Shown here in pieces: positions 24,656-35,717 of a stretch of 64,000 nt of DNA. The translations under genes were made by a program, and so were the position numbers. The notes under the pieces are model-generated. The model worked only from the letters and a program-made list of their open reading frames with translations. It did not search any database and had not been told where the DNA came from. Numbering within the stretch: the stretch's first letter is position 1; every line of letters begins with the position of its first letter. Location: the IMG/VR virus record IMGVR_UViG_3300009285_001996; one strand, given 5' to 3'. The DNA is from a virus.

Positions 24656-25813
24656 ATGAGTATTTCAACACATAAAGCTGAAGTCTTTAGAATAGATAGA
24701 TTAGAGCCACATCCAAATGCAGATTCATTAGACCTAATTTACAAAGATGGTTTTACTATCATTAGTCAACGCGGCACTTTTAAGGTTGGCGACCTAGCCG
24801 TTCACGTTCAGCCCGAATCCGTTGTAGACATTTCCCTGCCACACTTTTTGTTTTTGGAAAAGCCAATCGTTAAACCAAAAAAGTTAAGGGGTATATTGTC
24901 GATGGGTTTTTTGTTACCCGCCCCGCCAGATAGTCAGGCGGGCGACGATCTAGCAGAGAGGTTAGGTATAAGTCATTACGAGCCAGGGGCAGACAACGAG
25001 GATGGTAACTCTGTTAGCGGTCCCCCTATTGTGTGCCCAAAATATGATATTGAAAACATTAGGAAATATAATACATTATTTAATGATGGTGAATTAGTAT
25101 GCGTAACTTGTAAAATAAATGGTGAGAACTCTCGTTATGTGTATACCGAAAAGGATGGTGTTGGCACCATGCACGTTGGGTCGCATGGACAATGGAAAAA
25201 GATGGATGAACGGTGTGGTTGGTGGAAGGTATTGGCTAAGTATCCACAAATACAAACCTTCTGCCAAAACTATTCAGGCTGGGTAATCTATGGGGAAAAG
25301 TATGGAACTATCAAGAATTGGAAGTATGGTAGAGTAAATGTAGATTTTGCATGTTTTGACATTCGCAAGGCGGATGGACAGTGGTGTGGGGTTGACGAAT
25401 GGCGGACTCTATGTAAACAGCATGATATCCCTACCGTTCCTATTATCGTGGAAAATTTCCCATTTAATTTTCCTCAAATTGAAGAGTTCTCGAACGGACC
25501 ATCCTTAGTAGAGGGCGCAGACCACAATAGAGAGGGTTGTGTGGTAAAACCTATGGTGGAGAGGTATGATAAGAAGGTAGGTAGAATTATACTTAAATGT
25601 GTTGGGTCGGATTATTTACAATCAAAGTCTCACCGAATGTTCAATATTATTACTCCACAGGAATTAGCGGTTCTATTTCACCAAACTTATGAGAGGTTAG
25701 CCCCTGAATACGGTTATGAGACAAGGGAAGAAACTCGCCAATTTGATGAGACTTCACCTAATGGTAAATTAATGGTAGCAGTATGTAAAGAACTATTACA
25801 ATATCTTAAATAA
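24656..25813 (+). CDS. RNA ligase, DRB0094/Rnl2-like family
   Basis: HPNADSL N-terminal OB-like domain; KINGEN (KxxG), IYGE, FDI, REGCVVKP ligase motifs. Confidence 0.85.
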   Translation: MSISTHKAEVFRIDRLEPHPNADSLDLIYKDGFTIISQRGTFKVGDLAVHVQPESVVDISLPHFLFLEKPIVKPKKLRGILSMGFLLPAPPDSQAGDDLAERLGISHYEPGADNEDGNSVSGPPIVCPKYDIENIRKYNTLFNDGELVCVTCKINGENSRYVYTEKDGVGTMHVGSHGQWKKMDERCGWWKVLAKYPQIQTFCQNYSGWVIYGEKYGTIKNWKYGRVNVDFACFDIRKADGQWCGVDEWRTLCKQHDIPTVPIIVENFPFNFPQIEEFSNGPSLVEGADHNREGCVVKPMVERYDKKVGRIILKCVGSDYLQSKSHRMFNIITPQELAVLFHQTYERLAPEYGYETREETRQFDETSPNGKLMVAVCKELLQYLK

Positions 25814-25821
25814 AGAAAATA

Positions 25822-26897
25822 GTGATGACAGTAAGAAAGACAATTGATCTTGTATTCAGCTATGACACTACTGGCTCAATGAGCGCCGCCATCGGTCAAG
25901 TTAGACGTGGTGTAGCAGAAACCGTCAAGTATTTATTTAAGCAAATTCCTGAATTAAGAATAGGAATTATTACGCATGGTGACTACTGTGATGGCGATAA
26001 AGTTATCACAATGTTGGATTTAACTGACGATCAAAACGCTATTTGTGAATTTATTAAAACCGCGCCAAATACTGGTGGTGGTGATGAAGATGAGTGTTAT
26101 GAGTTCGTATTAAACAGAGCGAGAACGTTATCATGGACTGGGGGTAAAATAAAGCACTGGTTATGATTGGGGATGCAAATCCTCATGCCGTTGGTTATAA
26201 ATACGGTAGTATTAAGAACGATTTGGATTGGAAAAACGAACTTACCCTATTATTGGAGGCTGGAGTTAATGTATATGCAGTACAGGCGTTAGGCAGGAGG
26301 GGATCAGACAAATTTTACAATACAATGGCGAGTTTAGCGGGAACACCAAAACTATCCTTAGAACAATTTTCTGATATTAACGACATTATTACTGCTCTGT
26401 GTATGACTCGGGCTGGTAAACTGCCCGAATTTAACAAAACACTGGAAAGCCGTCGTAATGTATCATATTCTGTAATGCGGACGGTAGAATCTTTGGGGGG
26501 AAAGAGGGCTGCCCCAAAACGGATGACCGCCCACTCTATGTTTGCGGTCCATCCCAGCCGATTTCAAATTTTATATGTTGATCGTGATTGCTCTATTAAG
26601 GATTTTGTACAGGAAAATGGACTACGATTTAATATAGGTAGGGGGTTCTACGAATTTACTAAAAGTGTTGTAATTCAAGATTATAAGGAAGTAATTATTC
26701 AGGATAAGCGAAACGGCGAAATGTTCTCAGGGGAAAAGGCAAGGGAAATATTAGGGATACCGATTGGTATTACTACTAGGGTTTCTCCTGCTAAATTAAC
26801 AGACTATAGAGGGTTTGTTCAAAGTACGTCGTCAAACCGCAAGTTATTAGAAGATACACATTTTCTCTATGAGTTGGACGATTGGAGTGAAGCATGA
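25822..26897 (+). pseudogene. vWA-domain protein split by a 1-nt frameshift (~26140-26150)
   Basis: DTTGSM MIDAS motif and GGGDEDECYE in ORF1; ORF2 continues NKALVMIGDANPH in the -1 frame. Confidence 0.75.
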
Positions 26898-27104
26898 AAG
26901 ATTTACAATTTGATTGTCCCCTTACTATTAGTTATGATACCTTATTGGACGAGTTGTATGATAATTTAACCCTGGGGGAATTGAGGCAACTTATTATTGA
27001 CATTGACGACATGGTTAGTGATGATAGTTTTACTGCATCTGTTATTGACAAACTCGAAGATGTACTACAGGATGAATCGTTAATTAGACTAGGTAGAAAA
27101 TAGA

Positions 27105-27605
27105 ATGCTAATTATAAAATGTAAAAAATTTCACCCAGAAGCCAAATTACCGACTAAGACTCACGATAGCGATTTGGGGTGGGATTTAAGCTGCGTGGCT
27201 GACGCCGAGTTTGTTGATAATGGTCATCAAGGCTACTTATCCTTTACACTACAACCTTCCTGCTCACATTTATTCAGAACTGGGTTGGGAATTCAACTGT
27301 GGGATAGGGGTGGGATGGATGGACGTTACGAAAAGAAGATGGATGATTTAGGTTTTATCCCATTTGATCGTTCTGGGTTAGGAGTTAAAAACTGTATACA
27401 TAGGTTGGCGGGGGTCGTAGACGCGAATTTTGTTGGCGAGATTTTAGTTAGATTGGTAAATCTAGGTAAAGACCCTTATATCATCAATACTGGCGACCGA
27501 ATCGCCCAAGCCGTAATTGTGGATGTGTACAGAGCGAGGGCTGAGTGGGGAAATTTTCAAGAAACAGATAGAGGCGAAAAGGGGTTTGGAAGTTCTGGTG
27601 ACTAA
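27105..27605 (+). CDS. dut: dUTPase
   Basis: GWDL, DRSGL, GVVDANFVGE, GDRIAQ, RGEKGFGSSG motifs. Confidence 0.93.
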   Translation: MLIIKCKKFHPEAKLPTKTHDSDLGWDLSCVADAEFVDNGHQGYLSFTLQPSCSHLFRTGLGIQLWDRGGMDGRYEKKMDDLGFIPFDRSGLGVKNCIHRLAGVVDANFVGEILVRLVNLGKDPYIINTGDRIAQAVIVDVYRARAEWGNFQETDRGEKGFGSSGD

Positions 27606-27621
27606 GGTGGGGGGATAAATT

Positions 27622-28681
27622 ATGCAAGGTAATAAATTATTTTACAATAGAGTGTATTTATCTGGACCTATTGATAACGCAAAGGACTTTGGCGTTGAGT
27701 GGAGAATATTTGTTCAAAACTCTCTATCTGATTTAGATTTGATTTTTTTGGACCCTTGTAATAAACAATTGTATAATAAAGATTCTTTTGAGATATATGA
27801 AAATAGAGATCATAGAAACAAATTGATACAAAATAGAAATTTTGAACTATTAGCGCGAGAAATGAGAGAAATAAGATCAATCGACTTACGATTGTGCGAT
27901 ATATGCGATTTTGTAATAACCTATTTAAATACAAATATTTATACTACTGGGACTATTGAAGAAATAACATTACTAAATAGAAGAAAGGTGCCTGTTTTAA
28001 TATTTATCGAGGGTGGATTTGATATGTTGCCAAATTGGATTTGGGGAATGATTCCATACCAGCACGTTTTTTCTGATTGGAATTGTTTATTTGAGTATAT
28101 ACGATATATCGCCTATGCTGAGTTTCCAATAGAAACGTTTGGTAGATGGAGATTTATAGATTATGGAACCCTATACAAGAAAAGAGGGATAAGAATATCG
28201 CAAAATAAAGTTGCTATTGTAAGTCCTGAAGATTATGACTATTTAACACAATGGAATTGGTCTGCCGTTCCGCAGGGAGTCGGTAATTTAAAAAGATGGA
28301 GGGCTATGAGAAAATTAAAAATTGATGGTAAAAGTATTACTAGATTTATGCATCAGGATGTTGTTTTAAGAATGGAATTAGAGTATGATATGGTTAATAC
28401 AGTAATTGACCATCGAGATAGAAATCCTTTAAATAATAATCGTGAAAATTTAATTTTAACTACATCATCTATTAATTCGCATAATAGGTCTAAACAAACC
28501 AATAATACAACAGGTAAAAAGGGCGTTTGGTTTAACAAAAAAAAGAAATAAATATGTTGCAGAGATAAAAATTTGTGGCGAAAAACACTTTGTCGGCGGA
28601 TATGATACAGTTGAAGAAGCGTCTCTTGCAAGAAGAGAATATGGGAAAACATTTTTAGGGGAAAATTATTTTGATGAGTAA
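27622..28681 (+). CDS. nucleoside 2-deoxyribosyltransferase-like domain fused to HNH-AP2 endonuclease (frameshift in A8 at 28537-28544)
   Basis: VYLSGPID...DLRLCDICDF...TGTIEEI; IDHRDRNPLNNNRENL HNH; AP2-like NKYVAEIKICGEKHFVGGYDTVEEASLAR continues in +1 frame to TAA 28679-28681. Confidence 0.7.
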
Positions 28682-28800
28682 TATTTTTATTCTGGTTGGT
28701 ATAAACAACGGTGATATTGAGCCTTGTAATAGATGGGTGTTTATAAATTTTGATAAAATAGTAAGTAAATAACCCAAAATAACCTCTTAGTGGTGTAGAA

Positions 28801-29016
28801 TTGAAATTTGCTAGAACTAATAATGACCGTAAGATTTTTAGAGAAACAACAGCGTCTTTGGACAGAATTAATAATGATTTGGGTTATATCGAAGGAAATG
28901 TACAATGGGTTCATAAAGACGTAAACCGAATGAAGTGGGCTTTTACACAAGATAGATTTTTAGAATTATGTTGTTTGATTACGGAGAATATTAACGGAAA
29001 GAAAGTGGCAGCGTAA
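28801..29016 (+). pseudogene. HNH-like endonuclease C-terminal fragment
   Basis: ASLDRINNDLGYIEGNVQWVHKDVNRMK. Confidence 0.6.
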
Positions 29017-30916
29017 AAGTTTTTAGAATGTGAATGAAGATGATAATGTTGACCATATGAAAAGGTGGTGGTTTTTTAACTATTCTAAGATGAGGGTAGC
29101 ATAGATGCAAACTAGACCCCAAACGTCCGCACAACCAATTTTTAAGGTTGGTGATAAAGTAACGTCCAGAAAAACTGGATTACCTATGGTGGGGCATGTT
29201 TTTTGTATTAACGACGGCATTGTCTTTCGAGATTATATGTTATCACAGGGCAAAAGTTTGATGGGTTGGGATGAAGCCTATCCAGACTGGGTAAATAAAC
29301 CAGTGTATTCAGTCAAGCTTCTTTGGGGACCGCAAAAGCTGTGTAATTATCGAGAGTGGATTAGGTTTTCCAAAAAAGAACACCAGAATAGAGAGTGTTA
29401 TAATAAATATTCAATAGTTAGTGAGTATGTGGCGTACCCCGAGGACGATTTAGAGATATTCGGGTAGAATTTTAGAGGATGAAGATGAAAAATAATAAAT
29501 TATATTACAAAGTAGTTACTGGGGATTTAAAGTCTGTTTGTTATGATTTTGCTGACGAACAAGAGGAACGGTTTTTTGTAGTGCGGTTAAACTAATAAAG
29601 CAGGCTTAACATTATGAATACTAAAATTGTAAAAGTTCAAATTGCCGTGGCTGTTGATAAAAACGGTAAGTGGAATGCTAGTGGGTCTTCTATTTATAAT
29701 AATCAAGATTTTGCTTTTATAGTTGACGATTTAGAAGAAGGAGAAAGCCGTTTTATTGTGGAGTGCGAATTGCCCATTCCAGAGGCGGTTGTTGTACAGG
29801 GAGGGGTTACGGTAGTCAATCAGAGCAAAGGAGAGTAACTTGCCTTATATAAATCAGGTTAGTCGCAAACAAATTGACGGTCATATTGACGTATTGGTGG
29901 ATTCGATCAGGGGAAGTGATAAACTAGAAGGAGTAATAAACTATGCTGTAACACGTCTAGTATTGGGTACGCTTAAACCATCTTTAGGGTGGTCCTACGC
30001 CAGTCTAATGAAGGTGGTTAGTACTCTCGAATGTGTAAAGCAGGAGGTAGTCAGGCGTCTAATTTCACCCTATGAGAATCTTGCGTCTCACAAAAATGGC
30101 GATTTATTAGAATTTGATGATGGAGAAAAGTGGTCGATTGAATTAGATGAGATTATATATAGGGAAGTTTTGGAGGAAACCAATGGGTAATGACAATGAA
30201 CTATTAAATGTAGCTGATAAAGTAGTTGGTAATTTACCGCAACGCAAAGATCAACAAATAGTATTCGATCCATTAACCGCTCTCGCTATTGCTAGTTTGG
30301 TCGTATCTGCACTTCGCCTAATCGTAGAATTATCAAATAGATACTGCCCGCGAAGCGATAAGGCGGTGGTTGCTCGTAAACCAGGGTTACTACAACGTTT
30401 TTTGGTGCGACGAGCCATCAAGCGAGCAATTAAAGTTCATAAAATTAGTAGGGTATCGGTAAACGATGTGGAAATCGCCCTGTGGAGAACCGCTAGGGAA
30501 GCTACCGACCGAGAAATCCGAACACTTTTTCAATGTTGACATAACCGCCAGTTTTTTTTTGTTTACAGAATTGAGCACGGTGTATATTATATTGGTGTTG
30601 GAGGCTACTATGAAATAACCACTCGGGCACCAGTAAATGTGCAATTTCTGTTCTGGGGGGCTAATCAACCAAAATAATTCCATAACTACTTGCCAATACT
30701 GTCTTACTGAAGATAGGGTTATTGAGGCGATAAAACTAGCCGTTTATACAATAGAGGATTTGGGAGGGGATTCGGACGATCTTAGGGCTATTTTAGAATT
30801 TTTACCAGATTATCCAGTTGTGGCGGTCATGGAGGCGGAAATTCGGAACGTTAATAAATATATTGTAGAAATTATCAAAAATACATTCCATGTACTGTCA
30901 CTCAAGGAATAAACCT

Positions 30917-32767
30917 ATGGTAAAATTATCATTCTCGTTTATTTTGTCATTATTTTTATGTTCTAGCGTTATCGGTAAGCCCCTCACTCCGTTTGAGATT
31001 CAGGAAGCCACCGTTCGCGTTCATGCAGGAAATGCGTATGGGTCTGGCACCTGTTTTATGGATGATGGTAAATCTATTCATATTTTGACTAATGCACATG
31101 TTGTGGGACAAAATCGCACGGTTATGGTGGAATCTTTTAAGTCTGGCTATAAAACTAGGGAAATTCCCGCCCAAGTTACAGGAAAATGGATGCAGGAAAA
31201 AACCGATGTTGATTTTGCGGTCCTAAGTGTAAGTAAATCTTACTTTGGTGGTTTTTTACCTAAAATAATCTCCATGATTCCGCGAACCTACCGCGCTCAA
31301 CGAGGCGAGTATATCTATAGTGCTGGATGTCCTAGTGCGATGTGGCCTCAGAGTTGGCAGGGAAGAGTTCAATTAGATGAAGAATCCCGATATATATTTC
31401 TTCCCGCCCCTATTGGTGGGCAAAGCGGTTCTGGTGTTTTAACCATTATTCGTGATAACGATCAGTATTTTACTAGATTGGCTGGTGTTGTTACTTGGAG
31501 AATTACCGCTGACCAAGAAGGCATTGATAATGCGGTTGGTGGCGCTATCCCTATTAATACTTTTTTTGCCGTCATAGACGGAAATTATAAAGCTAAGGTC
31601 GTACCCGTAAATTATATACCCATTGCATATTTTAATGCCTACGATGAAAAACGGTGTGGGCGGTGTGGTGAATTTCTTAAAACTCACGCTTACTGTAGTG
31701 ATGGTCAGTTTTATTGCTACAGAATAAATTCTCGGGGGGAAAGAGTAGTAATACATCCCCAAACTGTCCGCGTGGTAGATTTCGGTCCCCACACATTTGT
31801 AACTCGATCTACAGGAAGAACATTATTGTGGCCTTTTGACTCTCCACTACCAAATAACAATAGTTTTGAGTATATTAATAAGCAAAATTTATCCCCCATT
31901 CCAATAAATAGGGAAGAACACGTACCATATTATGACGAACAAAAACCACTGTCTGGTGAGTGGCCTTTTTCTGGTAACAAACCTACCCCTAATAATAATG
32001 CTGGTAATGATAATCTGTGGCCCTTTGATGATGATAGAATAGTGCCGTGTCCCCCACCAGGGGGGGGCGGGCAAAACCCTGATCCCTACGGGGGTGGGCA
32101 GAATCCCTATGGTGGGCAAAACCCATACGGGGGTGGGGGTGGTGGAGATAATCCTTTTGGAGTAGTCCCCCCCAATGTTCCTTGGGATGATAATACCCCA
32201 GACCCCAATCCTAATCCGACCCAACCCAGCCCTAACAATCCTTCTCCTGCCCCATTACCCCAAACTCCACAAACACCACGCGGCAGTATTTTTGATTGGT
32301 TTACGTTTGCTAGATCAGAATGGAACTTTAATTTCCTGAATGCGATTGGAATAGCATCGTTGGCTGGTTTACTAATTATTATATACAAGAAGATTAAACC
32401 TCTATTGTTATCAGCCGTGGATAAATGGCAAGATAAATCTCAACGATATATTGCAGGAAAGTTTGGGGAGGAGGTAGCCCAAGAAGTGCGAGATATTATG
32501 GAGGGTGTAGAAGAATATTTGGTTGGGGTAGCCGATAGGTTAGCCCAAGAAAATTCATCGGCAAAACTAGCCATTAAAACAAGATATAAAACCTCTCTGC
32601 GACAAAAACTTGGCATTACCGATAAGACTAACTTAACCGCTAGTGATATTCAAGCGTTAGTAGAGCAACTTGCTGCGGACCCTAACGAGCCAGATATTGA
32701 GCCAGGAATGGCGGATAAAATTCGCACATTAGTAGAGAGTATGTCTAAAGAAAAAGTCAAGAAATAG
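30917..32767 (+). CDS. secreted/membrane trypsin-like serine protease with Pro/Gly-rich linker
   Basis: signal peptide; LTNAHV, DFAVL, GGQSGSG catalytic triad; GGQNPY repeats; TM segment near C-terminus. Confidence 0.85.
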   Translation: MVKLSFSFILSLFLCSSVIGKPLTPFEIQEATVRVHAGNAYGSGTCFMDDGKSIHILTNAHVVGQNRTVMVESFKSGYKTREIPAQVTGKWMQEKTDVDFAVLSVSKSYFGGFLPKIISMIPRTYRAQRGEYIYSAGCPSAMWPQSWQGRVQLDEESRYIFLPAPIGGQSGSGVLTIIRDNDQYFTRLAGVVTWRITADQEGIDNAVGGAIPINTFFAVIDGNYKAKVVPVNYIPIAYFNAYDEKRCGRCGEFLKTHAYCSDGQFYCYRINSRGERVVIHPQTVRVVDFGPHTFVTRSTGRTLLWPFDSPLPNNNSFEYINKQNLSPIPINREEHVPYYDEQKPLSGEWPFSGNKPTPNNNAGNDNLWPFDDDRIVPCPPPGGGGQNPDPYGGGQNPYGGQNPYGGGGGGDNPFGVVPPNVPWDDNTPDPNPNPTQPSPNNPSPAPLPQTPQTPRGSIFDWFTFARSEWNFNFLNAIGIASLAGLLIIIYKKIKPLLLSAVDKWQDKSQRYIAGKFGEEVAQEVRDIMEGVEEYLVGVADRLAQENSSAKLAIKTRYKTSLRQKLGITDKTNLTASDIQALVEQLAADPNEPDIEPGMADKIRTLVESMSKEKVKK

Positions 32768-32799
32768 ACGGAATTGCGTGCGGGTGGGCGCACGACACC

Positions 32800-32831
32800 A
32801 CGGGCGGGGCTTAATCTTGCCCGTTTTTTTT
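32800..32831 (+). terminator. intrinsic terminator
   Basis: ACGGGCGGGG-CTTAA-TCTTGCCCGT hairpin followed by T run. Confidence 0.75.
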
Positions 32832-32852
32832 GTTAAAATTTACAAAGTCCAC

Positions 32853-32881
32853 TTGACAGTTCTAAATCAATCGTCTATAAT
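32853..32881 (+). promoter_or_regulatory. sigma70-type promoter
   Basis: TTGACA-17 bp-TATAAT. Confidence 0.8.
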
Positions 32882-34685
32882 AGGGGCGGAATATAAGTTT
32901 TGACTAATTTGCAGGAGAATTATTATGTTAGTAAGTTATGTGCGTAATAAAAAGCGCGAGAAGATTGGGGTGGTGGTTGCAATTTATCGAGATCAGGTTG
33001 GGTGGTCACTTTGTCGTACTAAATTAGATAGGTTTGATAAAGATTTAGGGCTGAGGATTGCATATGGGCGAGCAATAACGGGTAGTGCTACAAAGCCGCC
33101 AACGACAGTAATGAAGACGTATAACGATATGATGGATAGGTCTAAAGCATATTACAAGTTTTAGGAGTTTGACCATGAAAACCTATTATAAAATTGTTAG
33201 TAAAGATTTGAAGTCTATTGTGTCTATTAATTTGGACACTCCAGATGAGTATGTCGTACAATATTGTGTCAATAGATTTGTTGAGCCAAAACTAAAAGGC
33301 ACAAGTCTATTTGTTTTTGACACATTAAAAAATGTAAAACGTTTTTTTAGCCCCCCTTGGGTACATGGAGAACGGTATATTATTTATGAGGCTGAAGTAA
33401 AAAATCCGAAGCAAATAGGTTTATTTAGTTCCTATTGTAATTGGGTATATTTAGCAGAATTATTAGAACTTAAAAGAAGTAAAAAGAAGTGGTCACATAA
33501 AACCAGCGTTCCACCAACAGGAACGGTATTTTGTAGTTCAGTAAAGTTACTTAAAAAAGTGGATATATAATTATGAAGGGTAATCTAACTAATACTCTGA
33601 ATGGTTTAGCGTTTATAATTGGTGTGGTGTTAATGATATTTAAAGTGGGAGGCATAGAAAGTATATCGTGGTGGCTTATCTCTGCTCTAATTTTTGGACC
33701 TTGGGTATTGGTATTTTTGAGTATAGTATTTTTGACGGGGGCGGCGGCGGTTGGGTCAGTTGTAGATGCGAACCCCGAATCCCATTTGGATAGGGGAGAG
33801 ATCAAAATTACGGTTGGTGGCAAAGATGTAAGTTTAGAGGAATTGTTGGAAATGTTAAATAACAAGTAAACGTTGGAGTTACTGCAATGGAAGTTCTAGG
33901 ATTTGTGTTGGCTATATTTTTGATTGTATTGTACATTCACAAAGTCGATCAATGCGACCGTCTAAAAGTAAAGTTAGATCGTAATGAGTTTAGTTATTTT
34001 GTGGTTCGTTTAGTCGAGAGTTTTAGTAAACCGAAAATTATCGGTAATTTACAATGGAGGTTAGAAATGTTATCAGGTAAAATCAAGTTAACTTGGGTTA
34101 AGAGCGTTAGTGCTAATGTCGTTGGGCAACCATTGGTTGTTGGCGTAGATGGTGTAGAGGTAACTATGCCAGCCGAAGTGTTGGCTCCTGAAGTGGAGTC
34201 CTATGAGTTTTTCGCAAAGGAGGGCGCAGCCGTAGAAGTTTCTCTCTGTGCGGATAATGGCTCATTTAAATCAGACCCCGTAACGCTATCATTTGTAGTT
34301 CCCGTACTTGCCCCACCCCAACCCCAAACCAATCTGGTTTATGAGGTTGTGGAGGTTGTAGAGACACCAGACGATCCAGTTCCACCAGCGGAGCCAGTAT
34401 AATATGGAACCATTATCTAATGTAGTCTACGACTGTGGGTTATTTGTAGATGAACCAAAACCAAAAGGAATGGCTAAAATAGGAATGAAGATGAGGGGGG
34501 TGGCTAATCTGTCGGTGACTTCTAAATATGATGTTGAGTTGGGCGACGGATTATCGGTTAAACAAGTGGGTGATTCTATAGCTAACTCTCCTGCTGAACA
34601 GATTGCGCTCTTAGTAGAATATCTTAAAGTTAAAAAGGGGGTTGATATTGTTAATTTATTTGTTGTGTATTAGAAAAGTAAAGTT

Positions 34686-34757
34686 GATGTAATGTATAGT
34701 AATGTTACGTTTAGTCGAGTATTGTTTAGTGGAGTGAAGTATATCTGAAAAAGATGT
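34686..34757 (+). ncRNA. pentamer-repeat guide-like unit A
   Basis: gatgt aatgt atagt aatgt tacgt ttagt cgagt attgt ttagt ggagt gaagt + hairpin ATATCT-GAAAA-AGATGT + T-rich tail. Confidence 0.85.
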
Positions 34758-34782
34758 TTTGTTTTATGAAAGAAGGTGGTGT

Positions 34783-35097
34783 ATGGACGATATAAGGTAT
34801 ATAAGAATTGTCGGCGAGGGGGTTGACATTATCTCCAAGGTAGAGTATGATGACCATCAACAGGCGTGGCGGTTGACAAAACCGATGGGTATAATAGTTA
34901 CGGAACAGGGTGTTGGGTTTATGAAATATCCAATGTTTGGTTCTATGCTAATGGTTAGTGGTGGCGATTCAATTTTGATTAAAGATGAGCATATTTTGTG
35001 GATAGAGACTCCTACTACAGAGTTAGAAAATGCTTACAGGGTAAACGTCTTACATGGTATTAGCGTTCCTACTCAGGGATTAGTATTACCAAATTAA
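34783..35097 (+). CDS. small phage protein (possible Sm-like beta fold)
   Basis: ATG after GAAGGTGG; resembles small conserved myophage proteins (..KPMGI..GFMKY..EHILWIETPTTELENAY). Confidence 0.55.
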   Translation: MDDIRYIRIVGEGVDIISKVEYDDHQQAWRLTKPMGIIVTEQGVGFMKYPMFGSMLMVSGGDSILIKDEHILWIETPTTELENAYRVNVLHGISVPTQGLVLPN

Positions 35098-35717
35098 GGA
35101 TGTTGATTGTGTTTGATAAAATCCAAGATTTGTATTGGCAAATTGTGCCCTATGATTGGCGGCTTCGCCAGATCGTTTACCGCTTGCGGTGTTTTTTCTG
35201 GTGTCGGTATACCACAGTAAAACCCAGAACTCTTCCTTACCACACATGGACGGATCGAGATAATTTGCTTGCGCACTGTTCATTTGAGATATTATCACGC
35301 TTTATTGAAAACGAGTGTTCTCCCGGTAATGTAGATTGGTACTCGGATGATTGTCCGCATAAGATAGTGGTAAACGGAGTTGAGAAATGGGTTAGGGACG
35401 AAATGCAGGAGATTTATGAATGGTGGCATAACAAATATATTAAGGGTCAAAATGACGAAAATGAACGATTGCATAAGGAAATAGAGAAAGTAGAACCTAT
35501 TACATATACTGGTGAAAAAGATGGTCAGTGGTATTGGGAGCCTCAATTTAAGTGTGAGGAAGACGCGGTGGAGTGGAAAGGGTATATGCGGGCATTAAGT
35601 GATTTAGAGCGTAATATTGAGAGCGAGCTACAGTTAATGCTTCACAGACTCGTTGATATACGACAATATATGTGGACCTAACCAATTGCCGCTTTAGATG
35701 ACTCAACAAGGAATATA

